Of a stretch of 64,000 nucleotides of DNA, positions 21,619 through 34,053 are shown in pieces. Source of the stretch: Nymphaea colorata (Eukaryota); contig NC_045138.2 in assembly GCF_008831285.2 (NCBI RefSeq), positions 38,440,001 through 38,504,000 of the forward strand, read 5' to 3'. The notes beneath the pieces are model-generated. The model searched no databases and was not told where the DNA came from. It saw nothing but the letters and a program-made list of their open reading frames with translations. Made by a program: the position numbers and the translations under genes. How positions within the stretch are numbered: the first letter of the stretch is position 1; every line of letters starts with the position of its first letter.

Positions 21619-21664
21619 TTTTGGCGGGAAGAGAGGGCGTAGCGGGAAAGTTTTGCCGCCAAAA
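21619..21664. promoter_or_regulatory. Cluster of three E2F-binding elements upstream of MCM6
   Basis: TTTTGGCGGGAA (21619-21630), GCGGGAAA = TTTCCCGC on the minus strand (21642-21649) and TTTTGCCGCCAAAA (21651-21664), 150-190 bp upstream of the ATG. MCM genes are established E2F targets. Confidence 0.85.
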
Positions 21665-23963
21665 ATGACTTCAATGACGATTACACCCCTCACTTATTGG
21701 GATTAGTACAAACGCAAAGAAGTGCTGGAACTTGTTTGGATGGTGCGTCCAAAGTCAGGAACTTGGTTATCGAGAACACGAATGAAACTGGTGAGAAGTG
21801 GTTGAGTGCCATGACGTCATGGTGACGAAACGTTTACCACACAGAACTGATCTTCTACCGAACGTGACTGCGTTTATTTATTTGATTGTTGATGTCTACC
21901 GTTTGTTTACCGAACTATAGATCGGCAGGCCGCTTAAATCTGCGGCTGTTTCTTTATGAAATTATTTGCACAATTAAATGTTAAAATATGCAAAAATTAT
22001 ATGTTTACAAAAATGATATAATATTTTTAACGATAGTTTTAAAATATTTAGTCACTTGCCAATAGTTGGCAGCTTCCTTATTTCAATTTTCTGCACATAT
22101 GTATATATATTCATATAACATTCATTGATGTATGTGTGAAATATACACATAAGTATGCTTATATGAAAGTACACCTGGTAATAAATTTTAAGTTTGCAGA
22201 CATGCTCTGGTTGATTGTTAGTTTGATTGTGTTATAGAAACCATGGTGTCACTATCTCACTTTTTCTCTAAACTAGTTGTTGTATCAAACACATGCTTTT
22301 CACTCCTTTATACACTATATTCCAGTGTGTCGTATGCTTCATATAAACTTGGATGAGATATTTATATCATTCAATTTGAGTGCCATGATCACACATTTTA
22401 TGATACACGAGAATAGCATCCACAATAATCAAACAAGAGACATACATTTTATACGCCTGCCTACACGACCAGCTATGTTACGTTTCCTTGAAGCATCTTT
22501 ATGTCTTTATTGTCGTATCAAAAAACAAGACGGAAGACAGTTTTCTCTGCGCAATTATTTAATATAAGAATCTTAGAGGGAAATAAGGAAACTTGAATTC
22601 GGGAATTAATGTTAAGTTGCTAACCGAAAGTGATTTGTTTAAGTGAGTGTCTTATAATACGATCCATCACCATCGCAAGTCACGTAGATGGAGAAGAGGC
22701 TTAGTTTTAAATTGAACAAAACGTTAAATGTCATTTCAACCTGACTTCTAATATATTTTGTTCCTTGTTAAGAACATGGTTTAACTGCAACTTGTGATTA
22801 ATGAAGGTATTTTAAATTGGAGACGCTTCATTGCGCTTGTAAGTGTGACCGTATCACGTTGAGATTGTGATTTGTCTCATTGGATCCGGATTGCCCACGC
22901 GGATCATAACAAGATCCTGTTCAGTCCGATTCGGTCCATTATCCACAGAGCAGTCCACTACGCACTTCTGCAACGTGTCAGGCTCCCGTTGGGTGGTATG
23001 CATGTGTGATCTCGAAAAGTGGGCCCCAATATTTACGCTGACACCCCTCAAATATATATATTTTTGAAAAGGTCCCACCCCTCGCCGGTGGTTTTTAATC
23101 TATATTATTTTTATCAAATTCACTTGGTGCTTACATTTAACAACATTTTTATTTACTTAGCAGTACGCTGAATTTACCCAAAGTAACCAAATTTAATGTC
23201 TTAAAATATATACATATTAATAATAGAATGAATGAGGGGCACAATATATAAATAAGCTAACGACAAGGGACATGCATACAATAATAAACACATTTTTTAT
23301 AAAAATGATATTGTGTGGAAAACTACGACTTATGGGACCGTGTGGGCAACTGCCCACACAAGGCCGAACGCGTGGTTCCACCGCTGGTCAATAGATTTGA
23401 AAGTTTCAAATCCGCGTGGGTCTTAGACTGCCGCAAAAGGATCAAAGGTGATTCGAGTCGATTAGACATCACACTTAAACAATAAGCGTGGAGATTTCAC
23501 CAGTGTGCAATGCGAATGAATCGGACTGCTCGTGGAACAAGACATATATTAATGCACACTAAATCAGCAAACGACTCACACACGCTAAAAGACTTTGAAA
23601 TTTTCAACTTTCAGGTCTTTAGTAGCATTCTCATTTATCATACGTTTTTAAGAACTCTCCAAAAAGTTCTTATTCGTTACTTGAATTATGAAAAATGTCA
23701 AACTGTATTGCATTCATAGTGGTTTTATGTTGTTGTACGATGGAATGCTGGATGGTTAAGAATTAAAAGAACATTTATTAAAAGTAGTCGTCATAAAATC
23801 ATTAGCAATAGTTTAAGGTGCAAGAATAATTCATAGTGTTTATACTTCTAGTGACATGTTTTTTATGTTATTGCTTATTTGGTAGCATCAGCATCCGGTA
23901 GACGGTGACATGAAATTTTCAGTTGCATTCATACACAAGATGACTGCTATTTGGCTACTCAAG

Positions 23964-24151
23964 CAGAGCATAGCTAGAACTTTTTCATGAAATGGGTCGA
24001 ATAAAAGTTTTTAAATTTTGATGCAGACTGAAATATTTATTTTTCAAAATTTATACATAAAACAAGTAATTGTTTTAAAATTTTACATGTAAATAAAATA
24101 AAAAGAGGTGGGGATAGAGCCCATAAAGGTCTCACACTGGCTCCTCCCATG
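23964..24151 (+). mobile_element. Non-autonomous hAT-type MITE (188 bp) with a perfect 8-bp TSD
   Basis: TACTCAAG lies at 23956-23963 and 24152-24159. Ends CAGAGCATAGCTAG and CTGGCTCCTCCCATG are degenerate CAGGGGCGGAGC-type TIRs. Confidence 0.85.
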
Positions 24152-24916
24152 TACTCAAGTTACACACCAACGTCTGGTATTCTAAGCTATGTCCCCTTAC
24201 CAAGATAAACAAGTAAAAACATGATAAAAACATTATACTTGGTTTAGTTCTGTTTTACTTCACTTAAACACACAACTTTACACACAAGACGATGAAACAA
24301 ATCCAATCACAAATGATCTTTTACTCCACAAAAAATAAGCATATACCTTCCTCCTTATCCATCACCTACAATTGAGCATAAAAAATAAAAGTACAAATTA
24401 GACTAATTCATGGAATTCGTTGTAAGGACTTAGCTTATTATATGTATATATATATATATTTATATACACAACTAAAAATACTAAAAAAATAAGAACCGAA
24501 TAAACCAATTGCCGGACAAACGTTGAGTACTATTTGGCGTTTTTTTATCAATTAAACACGAATGTAGTCACCTTAAATTTTGTTAAAGTAATGTACATTA
24601 AGTATTAAATAATTAGTTATGATCTCATTCAACGGCGTAGGCCACCTAGAGAACACACACGCACATGCGTGCGTGCACTGGACGGACACACACCCGCTGT
24701 GTACATATACAAGAGAGAGTTGACATCGGCGTTTTGTCGTCTATTTAACTCGTTCGTCGATTTCTTGCCGAGCGCACGGAATTCGTCCTTTTTCCCTCCG
24801 GAGGCCGCCGTCTGGCCCGTCTTCGGAACGCAGAATTTCGCGGTTACCGATGTTGCTCGGATTGTGTCAGGAAAGTACGTTCACTGCAGTCTAGCCTTCA
24901 AGGTCACGAAAGAGTA

Positions 24917-24947
<31 letters not shown>

Positions 24948-25676
24948 TCCATTTGTTTCTATCCTTGTCTGGCACTACTCGTTGATTTTTCAAACTAATC
25001 TGCAATTGCTGATGGAGATTGCGTGACGGGAACTCGTGGGTTTCCTGTTTGGTGGTCGTTCTAATAGTCTAAGATTACGCGCTCTCTTATCCTTCTTCGG
25101 TTTCCCTGGGCGTGTTGGCTCCGGGGTTGTAATCTTTCTCTGCCCTTTCTTTTTTGCATCCCTTTAGGTTTCTTTCTAGCAGAAGAAAATTTTTGGAAAC
25201 GTTGGTTTCGTGGAAGTTGGTTTGTTAAGCTTTCCTTCTTTCGCCATTTCCTTTTGGCTGCGAATAATCGATTCTTTATGATCTGGTAATTACGTGTTCC
25301 CATAGTCTCTTGACTCTATTCAACTAATGAACGAGAATTTCCGAAGTTTCTTCCTCTGCTCACCAACGCATCCCTCCTTCCATCTTTGATACTCAGAGTT
25401 GGGTTTCCAATAGAAAACTCCTTTTTGAACTCCAAATAACTACTGATTTGATAATGAAAGCCTTCTTTTTGGCGGCGAAGAAGTGGAGTTATAGTGTTTG
25501 GTGTTAAAATAGTGGCTGATTTTCGGTTTTCATTTTCTGGTTCAGGGAAGTTGGTTTTGGTTGGTTTGCAGCCTGTGGAGTTTTGTGATATGGAAGCGGA
25601 GGGCCGCTTTTGATTAGTTCACCATTCTATGTTATTCTTCATCTTCTTCATCTTCATCTTTTACTTCTTTGGTGGT

Positions 25677-28600
25677 ATGGGAAATAAGTTGGTTAAGAAG
25701 AGGCAAGTAGTAGATGAGAGGTACACGCGGCCACAGGGCTTGTACCAATTGAGCAAAGATGTGGATCATAAGAAGTTGAGGAAGCTTATCCTCGAGTCTA
25801 AGCTGGCTCCTTGCTATCCGGGCGCCGATGAACGTGGGTTTGATCTCGAAGAGTGCCCGATTTGTTTAATGGTTTGTATTCTTTTGAGCTTTTTGTTGAA
25901 CTCGCTCTTTGTTTCTCCTCTTTTTATGAAGTTTGGATTTATGTTTAACAAAAGTTGCTTGATTTCATGTCAGGGATTCATTCAATTTTATTTTCTAAGT
26001 TTGGATGGTTAGAGTAATTTTTGGTTTGTGATTGTATCATGTTATTCATGTTTTTGGGTTTGTTAGCGCTATAGAAAAAAGGGTATCTACGTTAGTTGGA
26101 CATAAACTTCTTTTGGAAATTTTGGTTCAGATCATTGGTTGTTCTGGATGAAAGATTGCAAACTGGTAGTCTTTGCTTGAATAATTCGTTTTAAACTGTT
26201 GGTAAGAACGGTCAATTATTTGTATAACATAAGCTATTTGTCTGAAAAAGGGAATATCTACGCCAATTATTATAAACATACTGACAAGATTTTTCAAATG
26301 GAACATTGTTGGCAAGCAAATTCTCATAAGAAATTTAGAAATTTTATTTGTCTCACATTTTCATTGGCCAGAAGTTTCAAAAAGTCACCAAAACGAACTC
26401 TGCAAAGTGAAACTAACCACATTGAACCTTAGGATGCATGCATTTCCAATTTCCATGCACATGGGTGGTTACATTTTAAGTTGAGATTTCTGGGAGAACA
26501 TTCTTAACTTTCTCTTTTCTGTGTTGTGCTAGTACTATCCAAGTTTAAACCGGTCCAAGTGCTGCATGAAAGGCATATGCACAGGTACATTTTAATTTTC
26601 CATTCATTTTTGTAAGGATTAGAAAGTTGAATTCCTGTTTACTGGAACCTTTTCTGGCAGAGTGTTTTCTGCAGATGAAGCCGTCTCATTCTACTTGCCC
26701 TGAACAGTGTACACGGTAACAATCACTTTGACGTCAGCTTGATTGTTATAATTTGTTTCTTGTCTGAATATAAGATAGACAGTTGTATTGCTAGCAATTA
26801 ATGAGGATTATAACATTTGAAGGTGCCCTTTCTGCAAAGCATCAAATTATGCTGTAGAATATCGTGGTTTCAAGACTAAAGAAGAGAAGGGGATGGAACA
26901 AATTGTAAAGTTCTTTTATGGCTTAAACTGTTGATCATTTTATTATACATATAAACGCTATAGCAACTGATTGCTATTAAGATATACTGTGTAGGTTTTA
27001 TATTTTATGCACTCTCTTCCTAGACACAATTGTATACTTTTTTATGCCCAGGAAGAGCAAAAGGTTATTGAAGCAAAAATAAGGATGCAACAGCAAGAAC
27101 TTCTTGATGAACAAGAAAGGCAGCAGGGAAGGCAAGAAAGATGTCCGATGCATCAGGAAATTGAACATAGGGATGTCACGAATAGCGCCAGCACTGGTCT
27201 GATAATTTTTTTCCTCTATTTATATATTTCAATCTTACTTATTTTCATAGTGTTTCTTAAAATGGCTGGAACTTTGTTGCAGGACCAGTTCCATCATCCA
27301 TGCCAGTTTCTATTCAAAACGAAGGAATGTTACCATTGCAGAGGCAACCTGTCCATACCAGGCAAAATAGGTCTGATCCATTTGAGTTGAGATGCTATGA
27401 TCATTATTCTGGACATTGTTAATAAGTATATATATTTTCAACCAGAACACATATTGCCTTATTCTTACATTTTTTGGTGTTTTTCTTTCAAGTGAAAGTT
27501 ATTAGGATGATCTAGTCCCTCAGATCTTGTGTTTGTAGACTCCTGGCCCATGTAAGTTGAAACTGTTGTCACAAATGTTGGTGATATTTTCAAAATGTTG
27601 CACTAGTGTTGCGAAAAAGCAAGTTAAACAGAAAAGGGAAATCTTATCTCAATAATTTGAAAATGTCAGACTATTTGTCAATTTTTTTCAAAAAACCATT
27701 TTAGACATTTTTGGGTTTATTTTTTCATTTTATAAGTAACTATATCTAAAATACTTATCCATGTTTCTGTAAGAAAATTTATAAAAAATCCATTTTATTA
27801 TATATATATATGTGTATATATATATATATATATAAATTCGTGTGTGTATACATGTATATATACACACTACACACATAGAACTCCGACAATGCTGGGAAAG
27901 CAAACTTTCTGAATACTACCTAAGAGAAAGCTTGTCAATAGAAACCCAAAGATGATATCTTGTGACAGTGGTTGAAATTATCAAAACCATGAAAAATATG
28001 CACGTAAATGTTAGATTATAAATATGTACAGTATCAATCATGGGTTTTGTCAGTCTTGTTACCTGAACAGACAAATAATATTATCTTCTTTTCCTGTTTT
28101 TAGTTGGATTAGTAGTTAATGAAGTACAATATGTACAAATGTATAACAACAGGAATTTATACCCATCATATGATTAAAAAATTCAATATTCTTGCATTAC
28201 GCACTGAGTTAAGACATAATAAAGTTCACAGTGGACAAAAGTGGTTCTTTACTGTTGAGAAAACAAATCAAGCTTTGTCCAAGCCATGTGAATAGTTCTA
28301 TGTCAAATAGACACTCAATTAACCCACAATAGGTTTGGTCCTGCACTATCATTCTGAAGAACCATTATCCTCTTTCTCAGCAGTGAGTTCTCATAGATGT
28401 GCTCTTAAAATGTTGCTTTGATTATGATGAGATGGGCTGATTATTACTCTCTGCTATTATTTTGTTTGTTCTGCCTTTTTGCACTAAAAAGATTTCTTTT
28501 AGGGATCCATGCAACTCCTGAGCGCCCTGGTTGTCAGCTTATGTATTCTCATATCCTTTACTTGGAAAATTCCCTTGGTTTTGTTGCAACTTTCTTTTGA

Positions 28601-30652
28601 AATCTGCCATTTAATGTGCAATCACTACATCCCAATTGTGATGTCAACCGTTTATTTGGCTGCATGATTTCCTTGCTTTTTCAGTTTAAATATGTTTCTG
28701 TCATTCTGTGTATTAACTTTTATATAGGATCAATGTTGCAAGTCGTACCAGGCAATTTTTTCTTTTTCTTTTTGGATAGATACAGGAACACAGTTCCACT
28801 ACTATCGTTGTCATTGCTTGAATACTAATGCTTTTGTTTTGATACTGATGCTAAGTTATGCGATGACGTGCAGGGATGAAGGATTTGATGTGGACCTGGA
28901 GGATATAATGCTTATGGAAGCAATATGGTTATCCATTCAGGTACTGATGTAGACTCTGTAGCAAATAATTTGCTTTCTTGTAAATGTTGATGCTGGTATT
29001 GCAGTGTGTCCTGGCTATTTTACATGCCGAATACTATTTTACAAATTATATTCAAAATATATGGCATTCATATAGAAACTAAGTTAAAGTAAAACCTATT
29101 ATCCCATGCATGTTTTTCTAATGGATAGATGCTGTAGAGTGCTGTACACTTCTCTATAACCTGTAAGAACAATTCTAAAATCTAAAGCGAAACATTGTTC
29201 TTAATCCCACTTGGTGTGTTAGAGCAGAGAAAAATGGCCCTGCTGGGAGGGAGAAGCTAACCATTGATCGTTGGTTTAAACATTAAATGAGTACTACTGT
29301 TACATCCTGTTCCTACTAGAACGTGTTCTAGGAATTGAATTGACAAAATGATTTTCTAGAAAACATGTTATGATTGGTCACTTAATGACCCTTATTCTAC
29401 CATATTGGGATCAGCCTGTAACAGTGTGGTGTTAATTCCACATGCATCATGTAGTATCTATAAGTAGTAGTTCATAATATTTTCATGAGCCAATTAGCCA
29501 AGTTCCTTTGAAACTCCAACTTGTGATTTGTTGTTAATGGAGATAATATCTGTATAATATTTATCTAATTTCTAGACTAAATACAATATGGTATTACATG
29601 ATAAAGTTTGCTTTTGGAGCAAGAGTAGTGTCAATTTGCTTTTGGCGCAAGAGTTGTATCAGTTTTCATAATGCTAATAGTAACCTTATTACAGCAAAAG
29701 CAAAAGCCTGTTTCTATGAACTTATCTTGATGCCAAGAGTCTGGTTCCTAACGTGGTTTTACTGTCAAATAAACGAGTATTGAAAGGTATACATGTTGTT
29801 ATTAACTTAATGGGGCCGTCTGTGTATTGTATACTAATTAGTGATTGATATTGATCACAATATTAGCTTGGTTGGCTTTATTTCCAAAACAGAGGAAAGG
29901 AAAATGAGAATTGTCTTGATCAGCTAAACCAATGCTATTTGGAGATACATGTAAATCATTTTCTTTCCATGTCATAGAAAATCTTTTGCTGTCTTAGCAC
30001 CAAGTTCCAAGTTGCTTTGGGATCTATTGTGTGAAAACCATTATACAGAGGTGGTGCAATTGTAATGCAGGAACAGGATGGTCAAATGAATGTGCCTTAT
30101 GAACAACCTGCTCATTCAAGAGGTTCAGGCCTAGAGTACCAACACACGGCTTCTGACTTTGCACCAAGAGAACCATCTCCTTCTGCTGGGCTGGCTTCTG
30201 CCATTGCGTCAATGGCTGAAAGACAAATTATGGATGCAGAATCCGCTTCCAGTCAGGGATCCAATGAACAAATAAGATCCAGGTATATTGCTTCTTTAGA
30301 AGGTGCAGGCATATCAACCACTAGACTTCGTGTTCAAGGGGACTGGATTGATGTCTCCTCAGAAAGTGGAAGACCTCTATACGGAGGGGATGCTGGATGG
30401 ATGACAGATCAGAGGCCAAAGGTAGCAGAAGCAAGCACGAGCAATGCCAACAGCCAACTGCATTCAGTTTCAGGTGCTACAACTGAGTGTTTACCATCTA
30501 TGCAAGATTTGGGTGTTCGTAGTGACTTCTCCATTCCAACAGAAGATGGTGGGATCGTACCTGAGAGTTTTGAGGAGCAGATGATGCTTGCTATGGCCAT
30601 TTCTCTGGCGGAGGCCCGAGGTCAACCTGCCTTGCGTGGATCTTGGGACTAG
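25677..30652 (+). CDS. GW2: RING-type E3 ubiquitin ligase GW2/DA2; exons 25677-25871, 26533-26584, 26661-26715 (or -26706), 26823-26904, 27052-27196, 27283-27370, 28874-28940, 30071-30652
   Basis: [23 protein letters not shown]...KLAPCYPG...[31 protein letters not shown].../[31 protein letters not shown] and [21 protein letters not shown] are GW2/DA2 hallmarks; 8 coding exons. Confidence 0.96.
27564..27970. mobile_element. hAT-type MITE (~407 bp) in GW2 intron 6
   Basis: Left end TGTTGTCACAA, right end TTGTGACAGTG; flanks GTTGAAAC (27556-27563) and GTTGAAAT (27971-27978) form a 7/8 TSD. Confidence 0.75.
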
Positions 30653-30746
30653 TACAACTTGACATCTATATGACGATTCCCATACGAGGAATAAGGACGT
30701 AGAACACATAAATGGAGATATAAAAACAGTTGAATCAGAAATAATC

Positions 30747-31028
30747 CATGTTAATCAGCAATCACTTTTCCTTCTTATATTTTTGTTTTCCATTCTCTCT
30801 GTACATATCAGATTTCTGTAAAAAAATGTAAAGAACAATGGTCATTCAATTGATTTTGATTCTTATAATTCTTGTAATCTCTTGGAGACTGTTCATGTTA
30901 ATCAGCAATCACTCTTCATTCTTATATTTTTGTTTGCCAGTCTCTGTGTACATGTCAGATTTATGTAAAAACTGTAAAGAACGATGGTCATTCAATTGGT
31001 TTTGATTCTTAAGAATTCTTGTAATCTC
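30747..31028. repeat. 147-bp-period diverged tandem duplication just 3' of the GW2 stop
   Basis: CATGTTAATCAGCAATCACT...AATTCTTGTAATCTC starts at 30747 and again at 30894. Confidence 0.92.
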
Positions 31029-31424
31029 GTGTTTTCCTATCTACCGACGCAGCGATTGAGAAGTTTGCTCGTGTCCGTAAACAAAGAAAAGTGAAACACA
31101 AAGTGAGAAAGTGAAAAATGCAACTAGTCAAAGTAGTCAAGGCAGAGCTTTCAATAATCAAAGGTTTATATTATTCTTTGAACAAAACCATTAGTGGGAT
31201 CAGCTTGGACTGCATCATCAGCTTAATTCGTTGACATCGAGGCCGCTTTTGCTGGCATCTTTCCGCGATGGGTAAGAACTGAACCTTCGCTTCCTTTACC
31301 ATGTCGCAGATTTCCTCATTAAACTGACTGATGTCATATCATTGGTATTCGTATCTGGTACTGGTGACCCCACATCGTGACTTGATTCGTTGACCTTAGA
31401 TCTCTTAGTATAACAACTTGAAAG

Positions 31425-31826
31425 CATAAATGTCGACGGATCAGCTGTATCGCTTTTTCAGATATCTATATACTCATTCAAATTCATATCTGATTTTGAG
31501 CGAAGACAAAATTTATACACCATATCTGAATCCGAAATCTGAATGCATGATCTACATCCGATTTTTAGATTAACATCCGAATCTGAATCCGATTTTTAAA
31601 ATGAATCCAAACCATACTATAAAAATTGAGTATGACATATTTTATTTTAAACTATATCCAAATCTGAACTCGATCAACTTTTACTTAAACCCAAATCCAA
31701 ATCCAACCAGATGTCGTTTCTTATATCTGAATCCGATAATTGGATGTCAAAGCTTTTTCCATATCCTTTTCTTTTTATGCGGTTCGATCGAATATCAGAT
31801 CCAAATCGGATTTATTGATATCCCCA
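31425..31826. mobile_element. hAT-type MITE (~400 bp) with ATCCGA/ATCTGA subterminal repeats
   Basis: Ends CATAAATGTCGACGGATC and TTGATATCCCCA resemble TAGGGATGTCAA-type TIRs; flanks CTTGAAAG (31417-31424) and ATTGAAAG (31827-31834) form a 7/8 TSD; many ATC(C/T)GA motifs inside. Confidence 0.7.
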
Positions 31827-33072
31827 ATTGAAAGGTCACCAACATGATTTGGCAAGATTTCTTTCCTGAATTTGTTTTGAGTGGGCAATATATTCTCGAG
31901 TGATATTCCTACAACTTGTTCGGGTGGATGGAAATGGAAGGAAAAAAAGGGAAATCGGAAATGGTCACTGGTGGATCTAAACCGGGTCTGAAATCAAATT
32001 TATTGTGAATGACCAAGATTTTAGCTCACTGGCCCAATAATTCAAAGTGGGTTTATAACATAAACTGGGGAGAAGCCCTACAGTTGGTGCTAGATATCAA
32101 TGGAGCCACTCCACATGACATGTCAACAATGCTTGTGGGTCCATAGAAGGAGCGCTCCATGGACTTGTCTGGTCCGAGTAGGTCGGCCCCAATCTAAGTC
32201 TTAAGCAGAGGCGGAGCAAAAAATTTTTGATCTGTGACGAAGATAAAGTAAATAAACAGATTGTTTCATTGCCATTGAAGGCAGAGCAAGTTCACAAAAT
32301 TTGTGGAACTGTGTGGGCAGCTGCCCACTCCGTCATTAGTTTTAAGAGTCCAGTTCTCTCATTTAAACAGGACGTTAGAAGTGGAACAGATGGCCGTAGT
32401 GTGATCTGCTTGACAGATCTGGTCCCCAGCTGATCTGAAATCCTTAGATCTTATAACTCAATATTTTACACTTTTGACTTTTATCAAGGATTTCTTATGT
32501 ATTGTTTAGAAAATGCATGAATTACAACATGATATTATAATACATGAATCTTTATTTCAAAAAACTCATACAGGAGCCTTCTTAGCTGGACATTTACGAG
32601 TTTAAAAGACCATCCGGGTCTTAAGTTCATAATTCTCATATTTTTTTAGTTTGAGCTTTCTACCATCTTTTCCAAAAATTGTGCCTCTTTCTAATTAATA
32701 AATTCCTTCAACTTTCAATTTTCGCTTTCAAAAAATTCGTTCATTATATGTATTTTTTTATAGTGTTCCGACTGGCTCTTTCAGGAGCTTCAAGTCTCGG
32801 TCGATCCAGACGTTGCATTAAAACAAGACAACAGATCCTGCCGTTTGAATAGGAGGCCGAGCTGAAAGCGCAATGACCAGAAACTCCCCGATGTTCCGCA
32901 AAATAACAACAATATCTGCTTTCGTTTTGAATTTTGAAATCGTCCACGAGCCGTTGACTGTAGCAGTCCCGAAGTGAAACTGTCTGGCTCAGTTGTTTGA
33001 AAATCGAAATGACCATTTTACCCTTACTGGTTCTCAATAGCTAAAAAACATTTTCTCAGTGAAAAAAAAAAA

Positions 33073-33311
33073 AAAACAAAATGCAACTCGACTGAAAAAA
33101 GAGGGACTCTACTATTCAAATCAACATGTTTTCCGGTCTCGACCGGCTCTAGTCGGATCAGCACGGCCTGATTCCGGCACTTCTCCGGCTACATTTTAAC
33201 AAGCATGTTGGCAAAAACAAAAACAAAATGCAACTAGACTGAAAAAAGAGGGACCTTGGGCATGCTCAAATCAACATGTTTTCCTGCTTCGAGAGGCTCT
33301 AGTCAGATCAG
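33073..33311. repeat. Two diverged ~90-bp direct repeats in a probable Mutator-like remnant upstream of the ICR gene
   Basis: AAAACAAAATGCAACT(C/A)GACTGAAAAAAGAGGGAC...TCAAATCAACATGTTTTCC...GGCTCTAGTC(G/A)GATCAG at about 33073 and 33220. Nearby motifs (AATGACCATTTTACCCTT; GGGTTGTTCAAGTAATTTC) resemble MULE TIR sequence. Confidence 0.7.
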
Positions 33312-34053
33312 AAAACAGGTAATTCTGCTGCGATTTGAGCAGGGTTAAACTCTTTATCATCTCTCTTGCTAGTTAACTAGAGAACTTGCTGTGACTGGTA
33401 CCACATTCACCAACCACCAACCAGAGCAAGTTCAAGGTCCTGTGTAATTTTTTTCTCAAGGTAAGGCTATTATGGTCTTTTTAGCTTAAGGCTCCTCACC
33501 GGTAACCGAGAGTTCAACGGTTAACTATAACGGTGGCGGGGGTGGAATTGTCACATTTCAAAATTCGAGGACGTTTTATGTCCTTGACTGCCAGACCAAG
33601 GGTATCTGAACAAGTTTAAAAAGTCGGATAGGGTTGTTCAAGTAATTTCGCGCTCCTTTTCGACCGTTCCTCTTTTCCAAAACCTTTTTGCGAAGAGAGG
33701 AGGAGCGTATAAAGTAGGCGTCCCCACTTCAAATCTTTGTCCTCCGCAGTCCCAACGCTGTCGTGGAACAGAGAGGAGAGAGAAGGAGAAGAGGAGGGAA
33801 AATTTTTGTTTCGAATTGTCTGTGGTGGATGACGGAAGAAATTCTCTTGGGTCGATAGGGGTTGCTTCTCGGAGATTTCTTCAAGACCGGAGAGGATTTT
33901 GTCGAGTGACGGGGTAAGGTATTGGTTAATGGATTTTCTGGTTTTTTTTTTCGGCAGTTTTCTTCACCACGGAGTGATTGTGGTTAACTATACGTTACTT
34001 CATTCTTCCATTTCTTGTGCAGGTTAGTCGGTGGAAGCAACTCAGCGTAGCAA

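Noticed and set aside
31367..31412. ACCCCACATCG resembling the snRNA upstream sequence element, with TATA about 31 nt later
   Set aside because: One mismatch, weak TATA, and the downstream sequence is a MITE rather than any snRNA.
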